Shown in pieces: positions 1 to 14,355 of a DNA stretch of 64,000 bases. Origin of the DNA: Eledone cirrhosa (taxonomy: Eukaryota); NCBI GenBank assembly GCA_964016885.1, contig OZ024754.1, positions 22,940,001 to 23,004,000 of the forward strand. The letters are read 5' to 3'. The notes under the pieces were generated by a model. The model saw nothing but the letters and a program-made list of their open reading frames with translations, did no database searches and was not told the DNA's origin. Both the position numbers and the translations under genes were made by a program. Every line of letters starts with the position of its first letter. The stretch's first letter is position 1.

Positions 1-3000
1 ATCTAAACTGTGGTAGTGTGTGACAGACTCTACCCCCTAGTCTAGATGGTATATCTCAGCTAGGAATGACAGACTCTACACTCCAGTGTAGGTGGTATAT
101 CTCAGCTGTTGGAGGGAGTGACAGACGAGACCCCAGTCTAGGTGGTATAACTCAGCTGGGATTGACAGACTACACCCCAGTCTAGGTGGTATATCTCTGC
201 TGGGGTAGGGAGTGACAGACTCTACACCCCAGTCTAGGTGGTATATCTCAGCTGTGGTAGGGAGTGGTAGACTCTACACCCCTGTCTAGGTGGTATATCT
301 CAGCTGGGAGTGACAGACTCTACACCCCTGTCTAGGTGGTATATCTCAGCTGGGAGTGACAGACTCTACACCCCAGTCTAGGTGGTATATCTCAGCTGTT
401 GGAGGGAGTGACAGACGAGACCCCAGTCTAGGTGGTATACCTCAGCTGGGATTGACAGACTACACCCCAGTCTAGGTGGTATATCTCAATTGGGGTAGGG
501 AGTGACAGACTACACCCCAGCCTAGGTGGTATATCTCAGCTGTGGTAGGCAGTGGTAGACTTTATACCCCAGTCCAGGTGGTATATCTCAGCTGTGGTAG
601 TGAGTGACACTCTACACCCCAGTTTAGGTGGTATATCTAAACTGTGGTAGTGTGTGACAGACTCTACCCCCTAGTCTTGATGGTATATCTCAGCTGGGAA
701 TGACAGACTCTACACTCCAGTCTAGGTGGTATACCTCAGCTGGGGTAGGGAGTGACAGACTCTACACCCCAGTCTAGGTGGTATATCTCAGCTGTGGTAG
801 GGAGTGGTAGACTCTACACCCCTGTCTAGGTGGTATATCTCAGCTGGCAGTGACAGACTCTACACCCCAGTCTAGGTGGTATATCTCAGCTGTTGGAGGG
901 AGTGACAGACGAGACCCCAGTCTAGGTGGTATACCTCAGCTGGGATTGACAGACTACACCCCAGTCTAGGTGGTATATCTCAATTGGGGTAGGGAGTGAC
1001 AGACTCTACACCCCAGTCTAGGTGGTATATCTCACCTGGGAGTTACAGACTCCACACCCCTGTCTAGGTGGTATTTCTCAGCTGTGGTAGGGAGTGTCAC
1101 ACTCAAACACCCCAGTCTAGGTGGGATATTTCAGCTGGGAATGAAAGACTCCACACCCCAGTGTAGGTGGTATATCTCAGCTGTGGTAGGGAGTCGTAGA
1201 CTCTACACCCCAGTCTAGGGGTTATATCTCAGCTGGGAATGACAAACTCTACACTCCAGTCTAGGTGGTATATCACAGCTGTGGTAGGGAGTGGTAGACT
1301 CTACACACCAGTTTAGGGATGGTTTATCTCAGTTGTGGTAGGGAGTGGTAGACTATACACCCCTGTCTAGGTGGTATATCTCAGCTGTTGTAGGGAGTGG
1401 TAGACTATACACCCCAGTGTAGGTGGTATATCTCAGCTGTGGTAGGGAGCGGTAGACTCTACACTCCAGTCTAGGTGGTATATCACAGCTGTGGTAGGGA
1501 GTGGTAGACTCTACACACCTCTCTAGGTGGTATATCTCAGCTGTGGTAGGGAGTGACAGACTCTGCAGCCCAGTTTAGGTGGTATATCTCAGCTGTTGGA
1601 GGGAGTGGTAGACTATACACCCCAGTCTAGGTGGTATATCTAAACTGTGGTAGTGTGTGACAGACTCTACCCCCTAGTCTAGATGGTATATCTCAGCTAG
1701 GAATGACAGACTCTACACTCCAGTGTAGGTGGTATATCTCAGCTGTTGGAGGGAGTGACAGACGAGACCCCAGTCTAGGTGGTATACCTCAGCTGGGATT
1801 GACAGACTACACCCCAGTCTAGGTGGTATATCTCAGCTGGGGTAGGGAGTGACAGACTCTACACCCCAGTCTAGGTGGTATATCTCAGCTGTGGTAGGGA
1901 GTGGTAGACTCTACACCCCTGTCTAGGTGGTATATCTCAGCTGGGAGTGACAGACTCTACACCCCAGTCTAGGTGGGATATCTCAGGAGTGGTAGACTCT
2001 ACACCCCAGTCTAGGTGGTATATCTCTGCTGGGGTAGGGAGTGACAGACTCTACACCCCAGTCTAGGTGGTATATCTCAGCTGTGGTAGGGAGTGGTAGA
2101 CTCTACACCCCTGTCTAGGTGGTATATCTCAGCTGGGAGTGACAGACTCTACACCCCTGTCTAGGTGGTATATCTCAGCTGGGAGTGACAGACTCTACAC
2201 CCCAGTCTAGGTGGTATATCTCAGCTGTTGGAGGGAGTGACAGACGAGACCCCAGTCTAGGTGGTATACCTCAGCTGGGATTGACAGACTACACCCCAGT
2301 CTAGGTGGTATATCTCAATTGGGGTAGGGAGTGACAGACTACACCCCAGCCTAGGTGGTATATCTCAGCTGTGGTAGGCAGTGGTAGACTTTATACCCCA
2401 GTCCAGGTGGTATATCTCAGCTGTGGTAGTGAGTGACACTCTACACCCCAGTTTAGGTGGTATATCTAAACTGTGGTAGTGTGTGACAGACTCTACCCCC
2501 TAGTCTTGATGGTATATCTCAGCTGGGAATGACAGACTCTACACTCCAGTGTAGGTGGTATATCTCAGGTGTTGGAGGAGTAACAGACGAGACCCCAGTC
2601 TAGGTGGTATACCTCAGCTGGGATTGACAGACTACACCCCAGTCTAGGTGGTATATCTCAGCTGGGGTAGGGAGTGACAGACTCTACACCCCAGTCTAGG
2701 TGGTATATCTCAGCTGTGGTAGGGAGTGGTAGACTCTACACCCCTGTCTAGGTGGTATATCTCAGCTGGCAGTGACAGACTCTACACCCCAGTCTAGGTG
2801 GTATATCTCAGCTGTTGGAGGGAGTGACAGACGAGACCCCAGTCTAGGTGGTATACCTCAGCTGGGATTGACAGACTACACCCCAGTCTAGGTGGTATAT
2901 CTCAATTGGGGTAGGGAGTGACAGACTCTACACCCCAGTCTAGGTGGTATATCTCAGCTGTGGTAGGCAGTGGTAGACTTTATAACCCAGTCCAGGTGGT

Positions 3001-6000
3001 ATATCTCAGCTGTGGTAGTGAGTGACACTCTACACCCCAGTTTAGGTGGTATATCTCAGCTGTGGTAGGGAGTGGTAGACTCTACACCCCAGTTTAAGTG
3101 GTATATCTCAGCTGTTGGAGGGAGTGGTAGACTATACACCCCAGTCTAGGTGATATATCTCAGCTGTGGTAGGGAGTGACAGACTACACCCCAGTTTTGG
3201 TGGTATATCTCAGCTGTGTTAGGGAGTGCCAGACTCTACACCCCAGTCTAGGTGGTATATCTCACCTGGGAGTGACAGACTCCACACCCCAGTTTAGGTG
3301 GTATATCTCAGCTGTGGTAGGGAGTGATAGACTCTACACCCCTGTCTAGGTGGTATATCTCAGCTATGGTAGGGAGTGGTAGACTCTACACCCCAGTCTA
3401 GGTGGTATATCTAAGCTGTGGTAGGGAGTGGTAGACTCTACTCCCCAGTCTAGGTGGTATATCTAAGCTGTGGTAGGGAGTGGTAGACTCTACACCCCAG
3501 TCTAGGTGGTATATCTAAGCAGTTGGAGGGAGTGGTAGATTCTACACCCTAGTCTAGGTGGTATATCTCAGCTGTGGTAGGGAGTGACAGACTCTACACC
3601 CCAGTCTAGGTGGTATATCTAAGCAGTTGGAGGGAGTGGTAGATTCTACACCCCAGTCTAGGTGGTATATCTCACCTGGGAGTTACAGACTCCACACCCC
3701 TGTCTAGGTGGTATTTCTCAGCTGTGGTAGGGAGTGTCACACTCTACACCCCAGTCTAGGTGGGATATTTCAGCTGGGAATGAAAGACTCCACACCCCAG
3801 TGTAGGTGGTATATCTCAGCTGTGGTAGGGACTCGTAGACTCTACACCCCAGTCTAGGGGTTATATCTCAGCTGGGAATGACAAACTCTACACTCCAGTC
3901 TAGGTGGTATATCACAGCTGTGGTAGGGAGTGGTAGACTCTACACGCCAGTTTAGGGATGGTATATCTCAGTTGTGGTAGGGAGTGGTAGACTATACACC
4001 CCTGTCTAGGTGGTATATCTCAGCTGTTGTAGGGAGTGGTTGACTATACACCCCAGTGTAGGTGGTATATCTCAGCTGTGGTAGGCAGCGCTAGACTCTA
4101 CACTCCAGTCTAGGTGGTATATCACAGCTGTGGTAGGGAGTGGTAGACTCTACACACCTCTCTAGGTGGTATATCTCAGCTGTGGTAGGGAGTGACAGAC
4201 TCTACACCCCAGTCTAGGTGGGATATCTCAGGAGTGGTAGACTCTACACCCACGTCTAGGGGTGGTATATCTCAGATGTGTTAGGGAGTGACAGACTCTG
4301 CAGCCCAGTTTAGGTGGTATATCTCAGCTGTTGGAGGTAGTGGTAGACTATTCACCCCAGTCTAGGTGGTATATCTAAACTGTGGTAGTGTGTGACAGAC
4401 TCTACCCCCTAGTCTAGATGGTATATCTCAGCTAGGAATGACAGACTCTACACTCCAGTGTAGGTGGTATATCTCAGCTGTTGGAGGGAGTGACAGACGA
4501 GACCCCAGTCTAGGTGGTATACCTCAGCTGGGATTGACAGACTACACCCCAGTCTAGGTGGTATATCTCTGCTGGGGTAGGGAGTGACAGACTCTACACC
4601 CCAGTCTAGGTGGTATATCTCAGCTGTGGTAGGGAGTGGTAGACTCTACACCCCTGTCTAGGTGGTATATCTCAGCTGGGAGTGACAGACTCTACACCCC
4701 TGTCTAGGTGGTATATCTCAGCTGGGAGTGACAGACTCTACACCCCAGTCTAGGTGGTATATCTCAGCTGTTGGAGGGAGTGACAGACGAGACCCCAGTC
4801 TAGGTGGTATACCTCAGCTGGGATTGACAGACTACACCCCAGTCTAGGTGGTATATCTCAATTGGGGTAGGGAGTGACAGACTACACCCCAGCCTAGGTG
4901 GTATATCTCAGCTGTGGTAGGCAGTGGTAGACTTTATACCCCAGTCCAGGTGGTATATCTCAGCTGTGGTAGTGAGTGACACTCTACACCCCAGTTTAGG
5001 TGGTATATCTAAACTGTGGTAGTGTGTGACAGACTCTACCCCCTAGTCTTGATGGTATATCTCAGCTGGGAATGACAGACTCTACACTCCAGTGTAGGTG
5101 GTATATCTCAGCTGTTGGAGGAGTGACAGACGAGACCCCAGTCTAGGTGGTATACCTCAGCTGGGGTAGGGAGTGACAGACTCTACACCCCAGTCTAGGT
5201 GGTATATCTCAGCTGTGGTAGGGAGTGGTAGACTCTACACCCCTGTCTAGGTGGTATATCTCAGCTGGCAGTGACAGACTCTACACCCCAGTCTAGGTGG
5301 TATATCTCAGCTGTTGGAGGGAGTGACAGACGAGACCCCAGTCTAGGTGGTATACCTCAGCTGGGATTGACAGACTACACCCCAGTCTAGGTGGTATATC
5401 TCAATTGGGGTAGGGAGTGACAGACTCTACACCCCAGTCTAGGTGGTATATCTCACCTGGGAGTTACAGACTCCACACCCCTGTCTAGGTGGTATTTCTC
5501 AGCTGTGGTAGGGAGTGTCACACTCAAACACCCCAGTCTAGGTGGGATATTTCAGCTGGGAATGAAAGACTCCACACCCCAGTCTAGGTGGTATATCTCA
5601 GCTGGGGTAGGGAGTGACAGACTCTACACCCCAGTCTAGGTGGTATATCTCAGCTGTGGTAGGGAGTGGTAGACTCTACACCCCTGTCTAGGTGGTATAT
5701 CTCAGCTGGGAGTGACAGACTCTACACCCCAGTCTAGGTGGGATATCTCAGGAGTGGTAGACTCTACACCCCAGTCTAGGTGGTATATCTCTGCTGGGGT
5801 AGGGAGTGACAGACTCTACACCCCAGTCTAGGTGGTATATCTCAGCTGTGGTAGGGAGTGGTAGACTCTACACCCCTGTCTAGGTGGTATATCTCAGCTG
5901 GGAGTGACAGACTCTACACCCCTGTCTAGGTGGTATATCTCAGCTGGGAGTGACAGACTCTACACCCCAGTCTAGGTGGTATATCTCAGCTGTTGGAGGG

Positions 6001-9000
6001 AGTGACAGACGAGACCCCAGTCTAGGTGGTATACCTCAGCTGGGATTGACAGACTACACCCCAGTCTAGGTGGTATATCTCAATTGGGGTAGGGAGTGAC
6101 AGACTACACCCCAGCCTAGGTGGTATATCTCAGCTGTGGTAGGCAGTGGTAGACTTTATACCCCAGTCCAGGTGGTATATCTCAGCTGTGGTAGTGAGTG
6201 ACACTCTACACCCCAGTTTAGGTGGTATATCTAAACTGTGGTAGTGTGTGACAGACTCTACCCCCTAGTCTTGATGGTATATCTCAGCTGGGAATGACAG
6301 ACTCTACACTCCAGTGTAGGTGGTATATCTCAGGTGTTGGAGGAGTAACAGACGAGACCCCAGTCTAGGTGGTATACCTCAGCTGGGATTGACAGACTAC
6401 ACCCCAGTCTAGGTGGTATATCTCAGCTGGGGTAGGGAGTGACAGACTCTACACCCCAGTCTAGGTGGTATATCTCAGCTGTGGTAGGGAGTGGTAGACT
6501 CTACACCCCTGTCTAGGTGGTATATCTCAGCTGGCAGTGACAGACTCTACACCCCAGTCTAGGTGGTATATCTCAGCTGTTGGAGGGAGTGACAGACGAG
6601 ACCCCAGTCTAGGTGGTATACCTCAGCTGGGATTGACAGACTACACCCCAGTCTAGGTGGTATATCTCAATTGGGGTAGGGAGTGACAGACTCTACACCC
6701 CAGTCTAGGTGGTATATCTCAGCTGTGGTAGGCAGTGGTAGACTTTATAACCCAGTCCAGGTGGTATATCTCAGCTGTGGTAGTGAGTGACACTCTACAC
6801 CCCAGTTTAGGTGGTATATCTCAGCTGTGGTAGGGAGTGGTAGACTCTACACCCCAGTTTAAGTGGTATATCTCAGCTGTTGGAGGGAGTGGTAGACTAT
6901 ACACCCCAGTCTAGGTGATATATCTCAGCTGTGGTAGGGAGTGACAGACTACACCCCAGTTTTGGTGGTATATCTCAGCTGTGTTAGGGAGTGCCAGACT
7001 CTACACCCCAGTCTAGGTGGTATATCTCACCTGGGAGTGACAGACTCCACACCCCAGTTTAGGTGGTATATCTCAGCTGTGGTAGGGAGTGATAGACTCT
7101 ACACCCCTGTCTAGGTGGTATATCTCAGCTATGGTAGGGAGTGGTAGACTCTACACCCCAGTCTAGGTGGTATATCTAAGCTGTGGTAGGGAGTGGTAGA
7201 CTCTACTCCCCAGTCTAGGTGGTATATCTAAGCTGTGGTAGGGAGTGGTAGACTCTACACCCCAGTCTAGGTGGTATATCTAAGCAGTTGGAGGGAGTGG
7301 TAGATTCTACACCCTAGTCTAGGTGGTATATCTCAGCTGTGGTAGGGAGTGACAGACTCTACACCCCAGTCTAGGTGGTATATCTAAGCAGTTGGAGGGA
7401 GTGGTAGATTCTACACCCCAGTCTAGGTGGTATATCTCACCTGGGAGTTACAGACTCCACACCCCTGTCTAGGTGGTATTTCTCAGCTGTGGTAGGGAGT
7501 GTCACACTCTACACCCCAGTCTAGGTGGGATATTTCAGCTGGGAATGAAAGACTCCACACCCCAGTGTAGGTGGTATATCTCAGCTGTGGTAGGGACTCG
7601 TAGACTCTACACCCCAGTCTAGGGGTTATATCTCAGCTGGGAATTACAAACTCTACACTCCAGTCTAGGTGGTATATCACAGCTGTGGTAGGGAGTGGTA
7701 GACTCTACACGCCAGTTTAGGGATGGTATATCTCAGTTGTGGTAGGGAGTGGTAGACTATACACCCCTGTCTAGGTGGTATATCTCAGCTGTTGTAGGGA
7801 GTGGTTGACTATACACCCCAGTGTAGGTGGTATATCTCAGCTGTGGTAGGCAGCGCTAGACTCTACACTCCAGTCTAGGTGGTATATCACAGCTGTGGTA
7901 GGGAGTGGTAGACTCTACACACCTCTCTAGGTGGTATATCTCAGCTGTGGTAGGGAGTGACAGACTCTACACCCCAGTCTAGGTGGGATATCTCAGGAGT
8001 GGTAGACTCTACACCCACGTCTAGGGGTGGTATATCTCAGATGTGTTAGGGAGTGACAGACTCTGCAGCCCAGTTTAGGTGGTATATCTCAGCTGTTGGA
8101 GGTAGTGGTAGACTATTCACCCCAGTCTAGGTGGTATATCTAAACTGTGGTAGTGTGTGACAGACTCTACCCCCTAGTCTAGATGGTATATCTCAGCTAG
8201 GAATGACAGACTCTACACTCCAGTGTAGGTGGTATATCTCAGCTGTTGGAGGGAGTGACAGACGAGACCCCAGTCTAGGTGGTATACCTCAGCTGGGATT
8301 GACAGACTACACCCCAGTCTAGGTGGTATATCTCTGCTGGGGTAGGGAGTGACAGACTCTACACCCCAGTCTAGGTGGTATATCTCAGCTGTGGTAGGGA
8401 GTGGTAGACTCTACACCCCTGTCTAGGTGGTATATCTCAGCTGGGAGTGACAGACTCTACACCCCTGTCTAGGTGGTATATCTCAGCTGGGAGTGACAGA
8501 CTCTACACCCCAGTCTAGGTGGTATATCTCAGCTGTTGGAGGGAGTGACAGACGAGACCCCAGTCTAGGTGGTATACCTCAGCTGGGATTGACAGACTAC
8601 ACCCCAGTCTAGGTGGTATATCTCAATTGGGGTAGGGAGTGACAGACTACACCCCAGCCTAGGTGGTATATCTCAGCTGTGGTAGGCAGTGGTAGACTTT
8701 ATACCCCAGTCCAGGTGGTATATCTCAGCTGTGGTAGTGAGTGACACTCTACACCCCAGTTTAGGTGGTATATCTAAACTGTGGTAGTGTGTGACAGACT
8801 CTACCCCCTAGTCTTGATGGTATATCTCAGCTGGGAATGACAGACTCTACACTCCAGTGTAGGTGGTATATCTCAGCTGTTGGAGGAGTGACAGACGAGA
8901 CCCCAGTCTAGGTGGTATACCTCAGCTGGGGTAGGGAGTGACAGACTCTACACCCCAGTCTAGGTGGTATATCTCAGCTGTGGTAGGGAGTGGTAGACTC

Positions 9001-11890
9001 TACACCCCTGTCTAGGTGGTATATCTCAGCTGGCAGTGACAGACTCTACACCCCAGTCTAGGTGGTATATCTCAGCTGTTGGAGGGAGTGACAGACGAGA
9101 CCCCAGTCTAGGTGGTATACCTCAGCTGGGATTGACAGACTACACCCCAGTCTAGGTGGTATATCTCAATTGGGGTAGGGAGTGACAGACTCTACACCCC
9201 AGTCTAGGTGGTATATCTCACCTGGGAGTTACAGACTCCACACCCCTGTCTAGGTGGTATTTCTCAGCTGTGGTAGGGAGTGTCACACTCAAACACCCCA
9301 GTCTAGGTGGGATATTTCAGCTGGGAATGAAAGACTCCACACCCCAGTGTAGGTGGTATATCTCAGCTGTGGTAGGGAGTCGTAGACTCTACACCCCAGT
9401 CTAGGGGTTATATCTCAGCTGGGAATGACAAACTCTACACTCCAGTCTAGGTGGTATATCACAGCTGTGGTAGGGAGTGGTAGACTCTACACACCAGTTT
9501 AGGGATGGTTTATCTCAGTTGTGGTAGGGAGTGGTAGACTATACACCCCTGTCTAGGTGGTATATCTCAGCTGTTGTAGGGAGTGGTAGACTATACACCC
9601 CAGTGTAGGTGGTATATCTCAGCTGTGGTAGGGAGCGGTAGACTCTACACTCCAGTCTAGGTGGTATATCACAGCTGTGGTAGGGAGTGGTAGACTCTAC
9701 ACACCTCTCTAGGTGGTATATCTCAGCTGTGGTAGGGAGTGACAGACTCTGCAGCCCAGTTTAGGTGGTATATCTCAGCTGTTGGAGGGAGTGGTAGACT
9801 ATACACCCCAGTCTAGGTGGTATATCTAAACTGTGGTAGTGTGTGACAGACTCTACCCCCTAGTCTAGATGGTATATCTCAGCTAGGAATGACAGACTCT
9901 ACACTCCAGTGTAGGTGGTATATCTCAGCTGTTGGAGGGAGTGACAGACGAGACCCCAGTCTAGGTGGTATACCTCAGCTGGGATTGACAGACTACACCC
10001 CAGTCTAGGTGGTATATCTCAGCTGGGGTAGGGAGTGACAGACTCTACACCCCAGTCTAGGTGGTATATCTCAGCTGTGGTAGGGAGTGGTAGACTCTAC
10101 ACCCCTGTCTAGGTGGTATATCTCAGCTGGGAGTGACAGACTCTACACCCCAGTCTAGGTGGGATATCTCAGGAGTGGTAGACTCTACACCCAAGTCTAG
10201 GGGTGGTATATCTCAGATGTGTTAGGGAGTGACAGACTCTACACCCCAGTTTAGGTGGTATATCTCAGCTGTTGGAGGGAGTGGTAGACTATACACCCCA
10301 GTCTAGGTGGTATATCTAAACTGTGGTAGGGTTTGACAGACTCTACCCCCCAGTCTAGATGGTATATCTCAGCTGGGAATGACAGACTCTACACTCCAGT
10401 GTAGGTGGTATATCTCAGCTGTTGGAGGGAGTGACAGACGAGACCCCAGTCTAGGTGGTATACCTCAGCTGGATTGACAGACTACACCCCAGTCTAGGTG
10501 GTATATCTCAGCTGGGGTAGGGAGTGACAGACTCTACACCCCAGTCTAGGTGGTATATCTAAGCTGTTGTAGGGAGTGGTAGACTCTACACGCCAGTATA
10601 GGTGGTATATCTAAGCTGTGGTAGGGAGTGGTAGACTCTACACCCCTGTCTAGGTGGTATATCTAAGCTGATGGACGGAGTCACAGACTCTACATCCCAG
10701 TCTAGGTGGTATACCTCAGCTGGGAGTGACAGATTACACCCAAGTCTAGGTGGTAGATCTAAGCTGTTGGGGGAGTGACAGACTCTACACCCCAGTCTAG
10801 GTGGTATATCTCAGATGTGGTAGACAGTGGTAGACTCTACACCCCAGTCTTGGTGGTATATCTTAACTGTTCGAGGGAGTCACAGACTCTACACCCCAGT
10901 CTAGGTGGTATATCTCAGCTGTGGTAGGGAGTGGGAGACTCTACACCCCAGCCCAGGTGGTATATCTCAGCTGTGGTACGGAGTGACAGACTCGACACCG
11001 CAGTCTAGGTGGTATATCTCAGCCGTGTTAGGGAGTAACAGACTACACCCCAGTCTAGGTGGTATATTTCAGCTGGGAGTTACAGACTCTACACCCCAGT
11101 CTAGGTGGTGTATCTCAGCTGTGGTAGGGAGTGGTAGACTCTACACCCCAGTCTAGGTGGTATACCTCAGCTGGGAGTGACAGACTACACCCCAGTATAG
11201 GCGATATATCCCAGTTGGGGCAGGGAGTGACAGACTCTACACCCCAGTCTAGGTGGTATATCTCAGCTGTGGTAGGGAGTGACAGACTCTACACCCTAGT
11301 CTAGGTGGTATATCTCAGCTGAGGTAGGGAGTGACAGACTACACCCTTGTCTAGGTGGTATATCTCAGCTGTGGTAGGGAATGACAGACTCTACACCCCA
11401 GTCTACGTGGTATATCTCAGCTGTGGTAGGGAATGACAGACTCTACACCCCAGTCTACGTGGTATATCTCAGCTGTGGTAGGGAATGACAGACTCTACAC
11501 CCCAGTCTAGGTGGTATATCTCAGCTGTGGTAGGGAGTGGTAGACTCTACACCCCAGTCTAGGTGGTATATCTCAGCTGTGGTAGGGAGTGACAGACTCT
11601 ACACCCCAGTCTACGTGGTATATCTCAGCTGTGGTAGGGAATGACAGACTCTACACCCCAGTCTACGTGGTATATCTCAGCTGTGGTAGGGAATGACAGA
11701 CTCTACACCCCAGTCTACGTGGTATATCTCAGCTGTGGTAGGGAGTGATAGACTACACCCGAGTCTAGGTGGTATATCTCAGCTGTGGTAGGGAGTGGTA
11801 GACTCTATACCCCAGTCTAGGTGGTATATCTCAGCCGTGGTAGGGAGTGATAAACTCTACACCCCAGTCTAGGTGGTATATCTCTGCTGT
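1..11890. repeat. Tandem satellite, monomers of ~52 bp (GTCTAGGTGGTATATCTCAGCTGTGGTAGGGAGTGGTAGACTCTACACCCCA) and ~46 bp, with a 3765-bp higher-order repeat; runs off the window start
   Basis: Monomer read directly. Diagnostic variants recur at a fixed 3765-bp offset: TAGTCTTGAT 2501/6266, TAGTCTAGATG 4410/8175, ACTCAAACAC 5522/9287. Confidence 0.97.
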
Positions 11891-11956
11891 GTGTTTTTGT
11901 TTATGGAGTTTATTAAAACCTGTTTATTTGTCTCTTTTTCTTTTTCTCTCTTTCAG

Positions 11957-12059
11957 CCAAGAGAAGTTTCTATTATTACTGTGCCTTGTTGTCAGTATTA
12001 AACTGTCTACAAGCCATTGGTAGTGCCATGCTTTATTATGAATATATTAGTGGACTTTG
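11957..12059 (+). CDS. TPRA1: Internal coding exon of a transmembrane protein adipocyte-associated 1 (TPRA1/GPR175) homolog
   Basis: Polypyrimidine tract + CAG acceptor (11954-56) and GTAAGA donor at 12060. Encodes KRSFYYYCALLSVLNCLQAIGSAMLYYEYISGL(C), resembling recalled vertebrate TPRA1 [22 protein letters not shown]...IIEGLC. Confidence 0.88.
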
Positions 12060-12229
12060 GTAAGACTTTCACACACATATATGTTACTACATCTAGAATT
12101 TTCTATTTGTTACTCAGTTAATTATTTGTATAAAGTTACCTTCTGTCTAGCCTCAAATTCACAGATATGTTGATTGTAGTCTAAGATACCTTTCCTTGGG
12201 CCCTAGATGTACCACCAACACCTCCTCCA

Positions 12230-12488
12230 TCTCGATCTCCAGGTGTGCCACCACTGCAGCTTTGAACTGGTTGATCACCCTTCCCAATCTCCTGATTTGG
12301 CCCCATCTAACTATCATCTATTCCCTAACATGAAAAAACATTTGCAGTGATAACGTTATATCTGCTGTTGATGAATTTTTTGAAGTGTGTGGACTGCAAG
12401 GGGGACTATGTCAAAAACTAAAGCGTATTTGGTCACATTCCATGAGAGTATCTTGGTCATCCTATGAACTTTTCAGCTGCTCTTGTAT
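12230..12488 (+). mobile_element. Mariner (Tc1/mariner) transposon 3' fragment in TPRA1 intron
   Basis: Translates FELVDHPSQSPDLAPSNYHLFPNMKKHL (mariner HPPYSPDLAPSDYHLF motif), followed by a TIR-like end. Confidence 0.8.
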
Positions 12489-13053
12489 CATCATCATCAT
12501 TATTGTTTTATATACCAGGTTTACTGGATATATGACTAATCATACAAACTGAGAAATTTGTGCTTTGATAAATTTAAGAGAAACCCTATACTTTATGTTG
12601 ATTGGTGACAAATGGAAGTGATTAAAGACAAATAATAATTATTTATTTCTAGTATATAATTTCATAAATGTTCAGCATGTATTTAGAAATGACACAAGAT
12701 TAAATTTAGAAGTAACTTTGGAGAAATAACTATTTATATAGATAAGTGTAGAGTTAGAACTCAGGACGTCGTGATTGGAAAGTGACCTTCTCATTGTAGC
12801 AACATAACTGGGCTTTCTGTGTTTAGGTTGCTTGATTGTGAGTATATCCATTGGGAAAGATGCTTGTGTAGTGTTGTTTAGAATACTTTACTGGGATCTA
12901 CCTCTCAGTGATTTTGTATAAGATATTCTATATATATAATTTTTGAATTTGTTTTGCAAGATTTCTTATCTGAAAATGTGTTTTGAAACAAATATTGTTA
13001 TACTTTGGGAGGGTCATGCTTCCAATAAAAACATACAAACCTGGTGGGTTTCA

Positions 13054-13088
<35 letters not shown>

Positions 13089-13768
13089 CAAGGAGACAAA
13101 CAGAGGCACAAAAAGTCTTATTAGTTTCACGCTTTATATTAGAAAGAGAAAAGAAAGTTCAACATGTCGGCTTAAGCCCTTCTTCAGGATCACAATGGAG
13201 AAACAGAAAGAGGGTCCAGTAAAGACACACACAAAAAGAAAGGAAAATGAAGAGGGAAAACAAGAAACCCTTTAGGTAGTTTTGGTAATGAGTAGGAACG
13301 CAAAGTGGAGTGTGTGTGTATTAGTATCGTTATATATACACACACATACACCATTGGGGGAAAAGCGGGTGTAAAATCGATGATATATATAATATACACA
13401 CACATACATGGTTTATTATGCTGGATTGGCAATATTATTAGAACGTCGAACAAAATGTTTGGTGCTATTTAGTTACAACTTTTATTTTGAGTTAAAATCC
13501 TGCTGAGGTCAACTTTGCTTTTCATTTTTCCTGGGTCAATAAAATAAAGTTCCAATTAAGTACTAGGGTCTGTATAATCAACTTTTCTCTTCTCCCAAAT
13601 TGCTAGCCTTGTAGCAATATTAGAAATAATTATTACAATTGATTCTGCATTTGGTCTGGTTCACATAAACCTTTTCAATAATATTTGGTGACAGTTCTAT
13701 AAAAGAGAACCATGTTGCTGATACACCAAATTTTGTTGTTGTTCTAATTCCTGTTCTTTTCATTTCAG

Positions 13769-13849
13769 TATTGTTGATATCACTACATATTTGTATTTCT
13801 CATTCTTCGATCCACTTGTCTATGGCACATTTCTAAAAGAACTCTTTGA
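13769..13849 (+). CDS. TPRA1: Penultimate coding exon of TPRA1 homolog
   Basis: TTTCAG acceptor and GTAAGT donor; phase-compatible with both neighbours. Encodes (C)IVDITTYLYFSFFDPLVYGTFLKELF(E), cf. TPRA1 [26 protein letters not shown]. Confidence 0.9.
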
Positions 13850-14355
13850 GTAAGTACTAATTCCTTTTTTTTTTTTTTAAATTTCATACTTCGTCTATTG
13901 TTGTATAACTGAAATACATGGATTAATCATCATCATCATCACGTCCACTTTTCCAAGCTGGCATGGGTTAGGTGGGATGTTTCGGAGGCAAGGATTTACT
14001 GCTTAATGTCCTTCTTGATGCCAACCCTTTTGCAACATGCAGTAATATGGTGTACCTATTTTAAAAACTGGGATACTCATGGAAATACAACATGCAGGAA
14101 TACAGTGTATCTATTTTAAAAACTGGGATACACATCATTGTATGTCCCTTTTTCCCATGTTGGCATAGGTTGGATGGGTCCAACTTAATACCTACCCAGA
14201 CTTACTTTGTTCTTTGAAAGTTGGAATATTTTTTCCAGCTCCCTTCACACCGAGTTCAAATCTCTCCAATGTCCAATTGGCTTTTTATCCTTTCAGGGTC
14301 GATTAAGTACTAGTAAAAGAATCTTTTTTAAATGTCTATTTTGTGTGTGTTTCAG

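Noticed and set aside
10905-11156. 83-aa ORF in satellite
   Set aside because: Chance stop-free stretch in degenerate monomers.
1-11890. CRISPR-like array
   Set aside because: No unique spacers; variable parts are point or indel variants of one monomer; eukaryotic context with no cas genes.
12966-13002. TAT-CTGAAAA...GAAA-CAAATATTG-TT-ATA hammerhead-like string
   Set aside because: C3/A8 mismatch and no stem II; may be chance in AT-rich DNA.
14207-14355. N-terminal part of the 134-aa ORF
   Set aside because: Intronic; homology and the splice acceptor place the exon start at 14356.
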